Positions 1-18,000 of a DNA stretch of 64,000 nucleotides are shown piece by piece; the stretch's first letter is position 1; the number at the start of each line of letters is the position of its first letter. The translations under genes and the position numbers were made by a program. This stretch comes from Eledone cirrhosa. Its lineage: Eukaryota. Under the pieces are notes generated by a model. It was not told the origin of the DNA and searched no databases. It saw nothing but the letters and a program-made list of their open reading frames with translations. The stretch spans positions 377,456,001 through 377,520,000 of the forward strand of contig OZ024742.1 in assembly GCA_964016885.1 (NCBI GenBank). Direction: 5' to 3'.

Positions 1-3000
1 ATATTATATATCAACATAACTGTACCTATATATTATATTATATATCAACATAACTGTAACTATATATTATATATCATCATAACTGTAACTATATATTATA
101 TATCAACATAGCTGTAACAATATATTATATATCAACATAACTGTAACTATATATTATATTGTATATCAACATAACTGTAACTATATATTATATTATATAT
201 CAACATAACTGTAACTATATATTATATATAAACATAACTGTAACTAGATATAATATATCAACATAACTGTAACTATATATTATATTATATATCAACATAA
301 CTGTAACTATATATTATATTATATATCAACATAACTGTAACTAAATATTATATATCAACATAACTGTAACTATATATTATATATCAAAATAACTGTAACT
401 ATATATTATATTATATATCAACATAACTGTAACCATATATTTTATATCAACTTAACTGTAACTATATATTATATATCAACATAACTGTAACTATATATTA
501 TATCATATATCAACATAACTGTAACTATATATTATATATCAACATAACTGTAACTATATATTATATATCAACATAACTGTAACTATATATTGTATTATAT
601 ATCAACATAACTGTAACCATATATTATATATTAACATAACTGTAACTATATATTATATATCAAAATAACTGTAACTGTATATTATATTATATATTAACAT
701 AACTGTAACTATATATTATATTATATATCAACATAACTGTAACTATATATTATATATCAACATAACTGTAACTATATATTATATATCAACATAACTGTAA
801 CTATATATTATATATCAACATAACTGTAACTATATATTATATTATATATCAACATAACTGTAACTATATATTATATATCAACATAACTGTAACTATATTT
901 TACATATCAATATAGCTGTAACTATATATTATATATCAACTTAACTGTAACTATATATTATATATCAACATAACGGTAACTATATATTATATTATATATC
1001 AACATAACTGTTACTATATATTATATTATATATCAACATAACTGTAACTATATATTATATTATATATCAACATAACTGTAACTATATATTATATATCAAC
1101 ATAACTGTAACTATGTATTATATATCAACATAACTGTAACTATATATTATATTATATATCATTATAACTGTAACTATATATTATATATCAACATAACTGT
1201 AACTATATATTATATATCAACATAGCTGTAACTATATATTATATATCAACATAACTGTAACTATATATTATATTATATATCAACATAAATTAACTATATA
1301 TTATATATCAACTTAACTGTAACTCTATATTATATATCAACATAACTGTAACTATATATTATATTATATATCAACATAACTGTAACTATATACTATATTA
1401 TATATCAACATAACTGTAACTATATATTATATATCAACATAACTGTACCTATATATTATATATCAACATAACTGTAACTAGATATAATATATCAACATAA
1501 CTGTAACTATATATTATATTATATATCAACATAACTGTAACTATATATTATATTGTATATCAACATAACTGTAACTATATATTATATTGTATATCAACAT
1601 AACTGTAACTATATATTATATATCAACATAAGTGTAACTATATATTATATTATATATCAACATAACTGTAACTATATATTATATTATATATCAACATAAC
1701 AGTACCTATATATTATATTATATATCAACATAACTGTAACCATATATTATATATCAACATAATTGTAACTATATATTATATATACACATAACTGTAACTA
1801 TATATTATATATCAACATAACTGTACCTATATATTATATTATATATCAACATAACTGTAACCATACATTATATATCAACATAACTGTAACTATATATTAT
1901 ATATCAACATAACTGTAACTATATATTATATATTAACATAACTGTAACTATATATTATATTATATATCTACATAACTGTAACTAAATATTATATATCAAC
2001 ATAACTTTAACTATATATTATATATCAACATAGCTGTAACTATATATTATATATCAAAATAACTGTAACTATATGTTATATTATATATCAATATAAATGT
2101 AACTATATATTATATATCAACTTAACTGTAACTACATATTATATATCAACATAACTGTAACTATATATTATATTATATATGAACATAACTGTAACTATAT
2201 ATTATATATCATCATAACTGTAACTATATATTATATATCAACATAGCTGTAACAATATATTATATATCAACATAACTGTAACTATATATTATATTGTATA
2301 TCAACATAACTGTAACTATATATTATATTATATATCAACATAACCGTAACTATATGTTATATTATATATCAACATAAATGTAACTATATATTATATATCA
2401 ACTTAACTGTAACTACATATTATATATCAACATAACTGTAACTATATATTATATTATATATCAACATAACTGTAACTATATATTATATATGATCATAACT
2501 GTAACTATATATTATATATCAACATAGCTGTAACAATATATTATATATCAACATAACTGTAACTATATATTATATTGTATATCAACATAACTGTAACTAT
2601 ATATTATATTATATATCAACATAACTGTAACTATATATTATATATAAACATAACTGTAACTAGATATAATATATCAACATAACTGTAACTATATATTATA
2701 TTATATATCAACATAACTGTAACTATATATTATATTATATATCAACATAACTGTAACTAAATATTATATATCAACATAACTGTAACTATATATTATATAT
2801 CAAAATAACTGTAACTATATATTATATTATATATCAACATAACTGTAACCATATATTTTATATCAACTTAACTGTAACTATATATTATATATCAACATAA
2901 CTGTAACTATATATTATATCATATATCAACATAACTGTAACTATATATTATATATCAACATAACTGTAACTATATATTATATATCAACATAACTGTAACT

Positions 3001-6000
3001 ATATATTGTATTATATATCAACATAACTGTAACCATATATTATATATTAACATAACTGTAACTATATATTATATATCAAAATAACTGTAACTGTATATTA
3101 TATTATATATTAACATAACTGTAACTATATATTATATTATATATCAACATAACTGTAACTATATATTATATATCAACATAACTGTAACTATATATTATAT
3201 ATCAACATAACTGTAACTATATATTATATATCAACATAACTGTAACTATATATTATATATCAACATAACTGTAACTATATATTATATATCAACATAACTG
3301 TAACTATATATTATATTATATATCAACATAACTGTAACTATATATTATATATCAACATAACTGTAACTATATTTTACATATCAATATAGCTGTAACTATA
3401 TATTATATATCAACTTAACTGTAACTATATATTATATATCAACATAACGGTAACTATATATTATATTATATATCAACATAACTGTTACTATATATTATAT
3501 TATATATCAACATAACTGTAACTATATATTATATTATATATCAACATAACTGTAACTATATATTATATATCAACATAACTGTAACTATGTATTATATATC
3601 AACATAACTGTAACTATATATTATATTATATATCATTATAACTGTAACTATATATTATATATCAACATAACTGTAACTATATATTATATATCAACATAGC
3701 TGTAACTATATATTATATATCAACATAACTGTAACTATATATTATATTATATATCAACATAAATTAACTATATATTATATATCAACTTAACTGTAACTCT
3801 ATATTATATATCAACATAACTGTAACTATATATTATATTGTATATCAACATAACTGTAACTATATATTATATATCAACATAAGTGTAACTATATATTATA
3901 TTATATATCAACATAACTGTAACTATATATTATATTATATATCAACATAACAGTACCTATATATTATATTATATATCAACATAACTGTAACCATATATTA
4001 TATATCAACATAATTGTAACTATATATTATATATACACATAACTGTAACTATATATTATATATCAACATAACTGTACCTATATATTATATTATATATCAA
4101 CATAACTGTAACCATACATTATATATCAACATAACTGTAACTATATATTATATATCAACATAACTGTAACTATATATTATATATTAACATAACTGTAACT
4201 ATATATTATATTATATATCTACATAACTGTAACTAAATATTATATATCAACATAACTGTAACTATATATTATATATCAACATAGCTGTAACTATATATTA
4301 TATATGAAAATAACTGTAACTATATGTTATATTATATATCAACATAAATGTAACTATATATTATATATCAACTTAACTGTAACTACATATTATATATCAA
4401 CATAACTGTAACTATATATTATATTATATATGAACATAACTGTAACTATATATTATATATCATCATAACTGTAACTATATATTATATATCAACATAGCTG
4501 TAACAATATATTATATATCAACATAACTGTAACTATATATTATATTGTATATCAACATAACTGTAACTATATATTATCTTATATATCAACATAACCGTAA
4601 CTATATGTTATATTATATATCAACATAAATGTAACTATATATTATATATCAACTTAACTGTAACTACATATTATATATCAACATAACTGTAACTATATAT
4701 TATATTATATATCAACATAACTGTAACTATATATTATATATCATCATAACTGTAACTATATATTATATATCAACATAGCTGTAACAATATATTATATATC
4801 AACATAACTGTAACTATATATTATATTGTATATCAACATAACTGTAACTATATATTATATTATATATCAACATAACTGTAACTATATATTATATATAAAC
4901 ATAACTGTAACTAGATATAATATATCAACATAACTGTAACTATATATTATATTATATATCAACATAACTGTAACTATATATTATATTATATATCAACATA
5001 ACTGTAACTAAATATTATATATCAACATAACTGTAACTATATATTATATATCAAAATAACTGTAACTATATATTATATTATATATCAACATAACTGTAAC
5101 CATATATTTTATATCAACTTAACTGTAACTATATATTATATATCAACATAACTGTAACTATATATTATATCATATATCAACATAACTGTAACTATATATT
5201 ATATATCAACATAACTGTAACTATATATTATATATCAACATAACTGTAACTATATATTGTATTATATATCAACATAACTGTAACCATATATTATATATTA
5301 ACATAACTGTAACTATATATTATATATCAAAATAACTGTAACTGTATATTATATTATATATCAACATAACTGTAACTATATATTATATTATATATCAACA
5401 TAACTGTACCTATATATTATATTATATATCAACATAACTGTAACCATACATTATATATCAACATAACTGTAACTATATATTATATATCAACATAACTGTA
5501 ACTATATATTATATATTAACATAACTGTAACTATATATTATATTATATATCAACATAACTGTAACTAAATATTATATATCAACATAACTGTAACTATATA
5601 TTATATATCAACATAGCTGTAACTATATATTATATATGAAAATAACTGTAACTATATGTTATATTATATATCAACATAAATGTAACTATATATTATATAT
5701 CAACTTAACTGTAACTACATATTATATATCAACATAACTGTAACTATATATTATATTATATATGAACATAACTGTAACTATATATTATATATCATCATAA
5801 CTGTAACTATATATTATATATCAACATAGCTGTAACAATATATTATATATCAACATAACTGTAACTATATATTATATTGTATATCAACATAACTGTAACT
5901 ATATATTATATTATATATCAACATAACTGTAACTATATATTATATATAAACATAACTGTAACTAGATATAATATATCAACATAACTGTAACTATATATTA

Positions 6001-9000
6001 TATTATATATCAACATAACTGTAACTATATATTATATTATATATCAACATAACTGTAACTAAATATTATATATCAACATAACTGTAACTATATATTATAT
6101 ATCAAAATAACTGTAAGTATATATTATATTATATATCAACATAACTGTAACTATATATTATATATCAACTTAACTGTAACTACATATTATATATCAACAT
6201 AACTGTAACTATATATTATATTATATATCAACATAATTGTAACTATATATTATATATCAACATAACTGCAACTATATATTATATATCAACATAACTGTAA
6301 CTATATATTATATTATATATCAACATAACTGTAACTATATATTATATATCAACATAACTGTAACTATATATTATATATCAACATAACTGTAACTATATAT
6401 TATATATCAACATAACTGTAACTATATATTATATTATATATCAACATAACTGTAACTATATATTATATATCAACATAACTGTAACTATATTTTACATATA
6501 AATATAGCTGTAACTATATATTATATATCAACATAACTGTAAATATATATTATATTATATATCAACATAATTGTTACTATATATTATATATCAACATAAC
6601 TGCAACTATATATTATATATCAACATAACTGTAACTATATATTATATTATATATCAACATAACTGTAACTATATATTATATATCAACATAACTGTAACTA
6701 TATATTATATATCAACATAACTGTAACTATATATTATATATCAACATAACTGTTACTATATATTATATTATATATCAACATAACTGTAACTATATATTAT
6801 ATTATATATCAACATAACTGTAACTATATATTATATATCAACATAACTGTAACTATGTATTATATATCAACATAACTGTAACTATATATTATATTATATA
6901 TCATTATAACTGTAACTATATATTATATATCAACATAACTGTAACTATATATTATATATCAACATAGCTGTAACTATATATTATATATCAACATAACTGT
7001 AACTATATATTATATTATATATCAACATAAATTAACTATATATTATATATCAACTTAACTGTAACTCTATATTATATATCAACATAACTGTAACTATATA
7101 TTATATTATATATCAACATAACTGTAACTATATACTATATTATATATCAACATAACTGTAACTATATATTATATATCAACATAACTGTACCTATATATTA
7201 TATATCAACATAACTGTAACTAGATATAATATATCAACATAACTGTAACTATATATTATATTATATATCAACATAACTGTAACTATATATTATATTGTAT
7301 ATCAACATAACTGTAACTATATATTATATTGTATATCAACATAACTGTAACTATATATTATATATCAACATAAGTGTAACTATATATTATATTATATATC
7401 AACATAACTGTAACTATATATTATATTATATATCAACATAACAGTACCTATATATTATATTATATATCAACATAACTGTAACCATATATTATATATCAAC
7501 ATAATTGTAACTATATATTATATATACACATAACTGTAACTATATATTATATATCAACATAACTGTACCTATATATTATATTATATATCAACATAACTGT
7601 AACCATACATTATATATCAACATAACTGTAACTATATATTATATATCAACATAACTGTAACTATATATTATATATTAACATAACTGTAACTATATATTAT
7701 ATTATATATCAACATAACTGTAACTAAATATTATATATCAACATAACTGTAACTATATATTATATATCAACATAGCTGTAACTATATATTATATATGAAA
7801 ATAACTGTAACTATATGTTATATTATATATCAACATAAATGTAACTATATATTATATATCAACTTAACTGTAACTACATATTATATATCAACATAACTGT
7901 AACTATATATTATATTGTATGTCAACATAACTGTAACTATATATTATATTATATATCAACATAACTGTAACTATATATTATATATAAACATAACTGTAAC
8001 TAGATATAATATATCAACATAACTGTAACTATATATTATATTATATATCAACATAACTGTAACTATATATTATATTATATATCAACATAACTGTAACTAA
8101 ATATTATATATCAACATAACTGTAACTATATATTATATATCAAAATAACTGTAAGTATATATTATATTATATATCAACATAACTGTAACTATATATTATA
8201 TATCAACTTAGCTGTAACTACATATTATATATCAACATAACTGTAACTATATATTATATTATATATCAACATAATTGTTGTACCTATATATTATATATCA
8301 ACATAACTGCAACTATATATTATATATCAACATAGCTGTAACTATATATTAAATATCAACATAAATGTAACAATATATTATATTCTATATCAACATAACT
8401 GTAACCATATATTTTATATCAACTTAACTGTAACTATATATTATATATCAACATAACTGTAACTATATATTATATTATATATCAACATAAATGTAACTAT
8501 ATATTATATATCAACATAACTGTAACTATATATTGTATTATATATCAACATAACTGTAACCATATATTATATATCAAAATAACTGTAACTATATATTATA
8601 TTATATATCAACATAACTGTAAATATATATTATATTATATATCAACATAACTGTAACTAAATATTATATATCAACATAAATGTAACTATATATTATATAT
8701 CAACATAACTGTAACTATATATTATATTATATATCAACATAACTGTAACTATATATTATATATCAACATAACTGTAACTATATATTACATATCAATATAG
8801 CTGTAACTATATATTATATATCAACTTAACTGTAACTATATATTATATATCAACATAACTGTTACTATATATTATATTATATATCAACATAACTGTAACT
8901 ATATATTATATTATATATCAACATAACTGTATCTATATATTTATATCAACATAACTGTAACTATATATTATATATCAACATATCTGTAACTATATATTAT

Positions 9001-12000
9001 ATATCAACAGAACTGTAACTATATATTATAATATATATCATCATAACTGTAACTATATATTATATATCAACATAACTGTAACTATATATTATATATCCAC
9101 ATAGCTGTAACTATATAGTATATATCAACATAACTGTAACTATATATTATATTATATATCAACATAACTGTAACTATATATTATATATCAACTTAACTGT
9201 AACTATATATTATATATCAACATAACTGTAACTATATATTATATTATATATCAACATAACTGTAACTATATACTATATTATATATCAACATAACTGTAAC
9301 TATATATTATATATCAACATAACTGTAACTATATATTATATATCAACATAACTGTAACTATATATTACATTATATATCAACATAACTGTAACTATATATT
9401 ATATATCAACATAACTGTAACTGTATATTATATATCAACATAACTGTAACTATATATTATATTATATATCATCATAACTGTAACTATATATTATATATCA
9501 ACATAACTGTAACTATATATTATATATCAACATAGCTGTAACTATATATTATATATCAACATAACTGTAACTATATATTATATTATATATCAACATAACT
9601 GTAACTATATATTATATATCAACTTAACTGTAACTATATATTATATATCAACATAACTGTAACTATATATTATATTATATTTCAATATAACTGTAACTAT
9701 ATACTATATTATATATCAAAATAACTGTAACTATATATTATATATCAACATAACTGTAACTATATATTATATATCAACATAACTGTAACTATATATTATA
9801 CATCAACATATCTGTAACCATATATTATATATTAACATAAGTGTAACTATGTATGATATATCAACTTAACAGTAACTATATAATATATATCAACATAACT
9901 GCAACTGTATATTATATTATATATCAACATAACTGTATCTATATATTATATATCAACATTATTGTAACTATATATTATATATAAACATAACTGTAACTAT
10001 ATATTATATTATATATCCACATAACTGTAACTATATATTATATTATATATCAACCTAATTGTAACTATATATAATATTATATATCAACATAACTGTAACT
10101 ATATAATATATATATATATCAACATAACTGTAACTATATATTATATATGAACATAACTGTAACTATATATTATATTATATATCAACATAACTGTAACTAT
10201 ATATTATATATTAACATAACTGTAACTCTATATTATATATCAACATAACTGTAACTATATATTATATTATATATCAACATAACTGTAACTATATATTATA
10301 TATCAACATAACTGTAACTAGATATAATATATCAACATAACTGTAACTATATATTATATTATATATCAACATAACTGTATCTATATATCATATTATATAT
10401 CAACATAAATTTAACTATATATTATATATCAACGTAACTGTAACTATATATCATATATCAACATAACTGTAACTATATATTCTATATCAACATAACTGTA
10501 ACTATGTATTATATATCAACATAACTGTAACCATATATTTTATATCAACTTAACTGTAACTATATATTATATATCAACATAACTGTAACTATATATTATA
10601 TTATATATCAACATAACTGTAACTATATATTATATATCAACATAACTGTAACTATATATTGTATTATATATCAACATAACTGTAACCATATATTATATAT
10701 CAACATAACTGCAACGATATATTATATATCAACTTAACTGTAACTATATATTATATATCAACATAACTGTAACTATATATTATATTATATATCAACATAA
10801 CTGTAACTATATATTATATATTAACATAACTGTAACTATATATTATATATCAACATAACTGTAACTATATATTATATTATATATCAACATAACTGTAACT
10901 ATATATTATATATCAACATAACTGTAACTAGATATAATATATCAACATAACTGTAACTATATATTATATTATATATCAACATAACTGTAACTATATATTA
11001 TATTATATATCAACATAACTGTAACTATATATTATATTATATATCAACATAACTGTAACTGTACATTATATATCAACATAAGTGTAACTATATATTATAT
11101 TATATATCAACATAAGTGTAACTATATATTATATTATATATCAACATAACTGTACCTATATATTATATTATATATTAACATAACTGTAACCATATATTAT
11201 ATATCAACATAATTGTAACTATATATTATATATCAACATAACTGTAACTATATATTATATATCAACATAACTGTAACTATATATTACATATCAATATAGC
11301 TGTAACTATATATTATATATCAACTTAAGTGTAACTATATATTATATATCAACATAACTGTAACTATATATTATATTATATATCAACATAACTGTTACTA
11401 TATATTATATTATATATCAACATAACTGTAACTATATATTATATTATATATCAACATAACTGTAACTATATATTATATATCAACATAACTGTAACTATAT
11501 ATTATATATCAACATAACTGTAACTATATATTATATTATATATCATCATAACTGTAACTATATATTCTATATCAACATAACTGTAACTATGTATTATATA
11601 TCAACATAACTGTAACCATATATTTTATATCAACTTAACTGTAACTATATATTATATATCAACATAACTGTAACTATATATTATATTATATATCAACATA
11701 ATTGTAACTATATATTATATATCAACATAACTGTAACTATATATTGTATTATATATCAACATAACTGTAACCATATATTATATATCAACATAACTGTAAC
11801 GATATATTATATATCAACTTAACTGTAACTATATATTATATATCAACATAACTGTAACTATATATTATATTATATATCAACATAACTGTAACTATATATT
11901 ATATATATCAACATAACTGTAACTATATATTATATATCAACATAACTGTAACTATATATTATATTATATATCAACATAACTGTAACTATATATTATATAT

Positions 12001-15000
12001 TAACATAACTGTAACTATATATTATATATCAACATAACTGTAACTATATATTATATTATATATCAACATAACTGTAACTATATATTATATATCAACATAA
12101 CTGTAACTAGATATAATATATCAACATAACTGTAACTATATATTATATTATATATCAACATAACTGTAACTATATATTATATTATATATCAACATAACTG
12201 TAACTATATATTATATTATATATCAACATAACTGTAACTGTATATTATATATCAACATAAGTGTAACTATATATTATATTATATATCAACATAAGTGTAA
12301 CTATATATTATATTATATATCAACATAACTGTACCTATATATTATATTATATATTAACATAACTGTAACCATATATTATATATCAACATAATTGTAACTA
12401 TATATTATATATCAACATAACTGTAACTATATATTATATATCAACATAACTGTAACTATATATTACATATCAATATAGCTGTAACTATATATTATATATC
12501 AACTTAACTGTAACTATATATTATATATCAACATAACTGTAACTATATATTATATTATATATCAACATAACTGTTACTATATATTATATTATATATCAAC
12601 ATAACTGTAACTATATATTATATTATATATCAACATAACTGTAACTATATATTATATATCAACATAACTGTAACTATATATTATATATCAACATAACTGT
12701 AACTATATATTATATTATATATCATCATTACTGTAACTATATATTATATATCAACATAACTGTAACTATATATTATATATCAACATAGCTGTAACTATAT
12801 ATTATATATCAACATAACTGTAACTATATATTATATTATATATCAACATAACTGTAACTATATATTATATATCAACTTAACTGTAACTATATATTATATA
12901 TCAACATAACTGTAACTATATATTACATTATATTTCAACATAACTGTAACTATATACTATATTATATTTCAACATAACTGTAACTATATATTATATATCA
13001 ACATAACTGTAACTATATATTATATATCAACATAACTGTAACTATATATTATACATCAACATATCTGTAACCATATATTATATATTAACATAAGTGTAAC
13101 TATGTATGATATATCAACTTAACAGTAACTATATAATATATATCAACATAACTGCAACTGTATATTATATTATATATCAACATAACTGTAACTATATATT
13201 ATATATCAACATTATTGTAACTATATATTATATATAAACATAACTGTAACTATATATTATATTATATATCCACATAACTGTAACTATATATTATATTATA
13301 TATCAACATAACTGTAACCATATATTATATATCAACATAACTGTAACTCTATATTATATATCAACATAACTGTAACTATATATTATATTATATATCAACA
13401 TAACTGTAACTAGATATAATATATCAACATAACTGTAACTATATATTATATTATATATCAACATAACTGTATCTATATATCATATTATATATCAACATAA
13501 ATTTAACTATATATTATATATCAACATAACTGTAACTATATATCATATATCAACATAACTGTAACTACATATTCTATATCAACATAACTGTAACTATATA
13601 TTATATCTCATCATAACTGTAACCATATATTTTATATCAACTTAACTGTAACTATATATTATATATCAACATAACTGTAACTATATATTATATTATATAT
13701 CAACATAATTGTAACTATATATTATATATCAACATAACTGTAACTATATATTGTATTATATATCAACATAACTGTAACCATATATTATATATCAACATAA
13801 CTGTAACGATATATTATATATCAACTTAACTGTAACTATATATTATATATCAACATAACTGTAACTATATATTATATTATATATCAACCTAATTGTAACT
13901 ATATATTATATTATATATCAACATAACTGTAACTATATATTATATTATATATCAACATAACTGTAACTATATATTATATATTAACATAACTGTAACTATA
14001 TATTATATATCAACATAACTGTAACTATATATTATATTATATATCAACATAACTGTAACTATATATTATATATCAACATAACTGTAACTAGATATAATAT
14101 ATCAACATAACTGTAACTATATATTATATTATATATCAACATAACTGTAACTATATATTATATTATATATCAACATAACTGTAACTATATATTATATTAT
14201 ATATCAACATAACTGTAACTGTATATTATATATCAACATAAGTGTAACTATATATTATATTATATATCAACATAAGTGTAACTATATATTATATTATATA
14301 TCAACATAACTGTACCTATATATTATATTATATATTAACATAACTGTAACCATATATTATATATCAACATAATTGTAACTATATATTATATATCAACATA
14401 ACTGTAACTATATATTATATATCAACATAACTGTAACTATATATTACATATCAATATAGCTGTAACTATATATTATATATCAACTTAAGTGTAACTATAT
14501 ATTATATATCAACATAACTGTAACTATATATTATATTATATATCAACATAACTGTTACTATATATTATATTATATATCAACATAACTGTAACTATATATT
14601 ATATTATATATCAACATAACTGTAACTATATATTATATATCAACATAACTGTAACTATATATTATATATCAACATAACTGTAACTATATATTATATTATA
14701 TATCATCATAACTGTAACTATATATTCTATATCAACATAACTGTAACTATGTATTATATATCAACATAACTGTAACCATATATTTTATATCAACTTAACT
14801 GTAACTATATATTATATATCAACATAACTGTAACTATATATTATATTATATATCAACATAATTGTAACTATATATTATATATCAACATAACTGTAACTAT
14901 ATATTGTATTATATATCAACATAACTGTAACCATATATTATATATCAACATAACTGTAACGATATATTATATATCAACTTAACTGTAACTATATATTATA

Positions 15001-18000
15001 TATCAACATAACTGTAACTATATATTATATTATATATCAACATAACTGTAACTATATATTATATATATCAACATAACTGTAACTATATATTATATATCAA
15101 CATAACTGTAACTATATATTATATTATATATCAACATAACTGTAACTATATATTATATATTAACATAACTGTAACTATATATTATATATCAACATAACTG
15201 TAACTATATATTATATTATATATCAACATAACTGTAACTATATATTATATATCAACATAACTGTAACTAGATATAATATATCAACATAACTGTAACTATA
15301 TATTATATTATATATCAACATAACTGTAACTATATATTATATTATATATCAACATAACTGTAACTATATATTATATTATATATCAACATAACTGTAACTG
15401 TATATTATATATCAACATAAGTGTAACTATATATTATATTATATATCAACATAAGTGTAACTATATATTATATTATATATCAACATAACTGTACCTATAT
15501 ATTATATTATATATTAACATAACTGTAACCATATATTATATATCAACATAATTGTAACTATATATTATATATCAACATAACTGTAACTATATATTATATA
15601 TCAACATAACTGTAACTATATATTACATATCAATATAGCTGTAACTATATATTATATATCAACTTAACTGTAACTATATATTATATATCAACATAACTGT
15701 AACTATATATTATATTATATATCAACATAACTGTTACTATATATTATATTATATATCAACATAACTGTAACTATATATTATATTATATATCAACATAACT
15801 GTAACTATATATTATATATCAACATAACTGTAACTATATATTATATATCAACATAACTGTAACTATATATTATATTATATATCATCATTACTGTAACTAT
15901 ATATTATATATCAACATAACTGTAACTATATATTATATATCAACATAGCTGTAACTATATATTATATATCAACATAACTGTAACTATATATTATATTATA
16001 TATCAACATAACTGTAACTATATATTATATATCAACTTAACTGTAACTATATATTATATATCAACATAACTGTAACTATATATTACATTATATTTCAACA
16101 TAACTGTAACTATATACTATATTATATTTCAACATAACTGTAACTATATATTATATATCAACATAACTGTAACTATATATTATATATCAACATAACTGTA
16201 ACTATATATTATACATCAACATATCTGTAACCATATATTATATATTAACATAAGTGTAACTATGTATGATATATCAACTTAACAGTAACTATATAATATA
16301 TATCAACATAACTGCAACTGTATATTATATTATATATCAACATAACTGTAACTATATATTATATATCAACATTATTGTAACTATATATTATATATAAACA
16401 TAACTGTAACTATATATTATATTATATATCCACATAACTGTAACTATATATTATATTATATATCAACATAACTGTAACCATATATTATATATCAACATAA
16501 CTGTAACTCTATATTATATATCAACATAACTGTAACTATATATTATATTATATATCAACATAACTGTAACTAGATATAATATATCAACATAACTGTAACT
16601 ATATATTATATTATATATCAACATAACTGTATCTATATATCATATTATATATCAACATAAATTTAACTATATATTATATATCAACATAACTGTAACTATA
16701 TATCATATATCAACATAACTGTAACTACATATTCTATATCAACATAACTGTAACTATATATTATATCTCATCATAACTGTAACCATATATTTTATATCAA
16801 CTTAACTGTAACTATATATTATATATCAACATAACTGTAACTATATATTATATTATATATCAACATAATTGTAACTATATATTATATATCAACATAACTG
16901 TAACTATATATTGTATTATATATCAACATAACTGTAACCATATATTATATATCAACATAACTGTAACGATATATTATATATCAACTTAACTGTAACTATA
17001 TATTATATATCAACATAACTGTAACTATATATTATATTATATATCAACCTAATTGTAACTATATATTATATTATATATCAACATAACTGTAACTATATAT
17101 TATATATATCAACATAACTGTAACTATATATTATATATCAACATAACTGTAACTATATATTATATTATATATCAACATAACTGTAACTATATATTATATA
17201 TTAACATAACTGTAACTATATATTATATATCAACATAACTGTAACTATATATTATATTATATATCAACATAACTGTAACTATATATTATATATCAACATA
17301 ACTGTAACTAGATATAATATATCAACATAACTGTAACTATATATTATATTATATATCAACATAACTGTAACTATATATTACATTATATATCAACATAACT
17401 GTAACTATATATTATATTATATATCAACATAACTGTAACTATATATTATATATCAACATAAGTGTAACTATATATTATATTATATATCAACATAAGTGTA
17501 ACTATATATTATATTATATATCAACATAACTGTACCTATATATTATATTATATATTAACATAACTGTAACCATATATTATATATCAACATAATTGTAACT
17601 ATATATTATATATCAACATAACTGTAACTATATATTATATATCAACATAACTGTAACTATATATTATATATCAACATAACTGTAACTATATATTATATTA
17701 TATATCAACATAAATGTAACTATATATTATATATCAACATAACTGTAACTATATATTATATATCAACATAATTGTAACTATATATTATATATCAACATAA
17801 CTGTAACTATATATTATATTATATATCAACATAACTGTAACTATATATTATATATCATCATAACTGTAACTATATGTTATATATTAACATAGCTGTAACA
17901 ATATATTATATATCAACGTAACTGTACCTATATATTATATTATATATCAACATAACTGTAACTATATATTATATTATATATCAACATAACTGTAACTATA

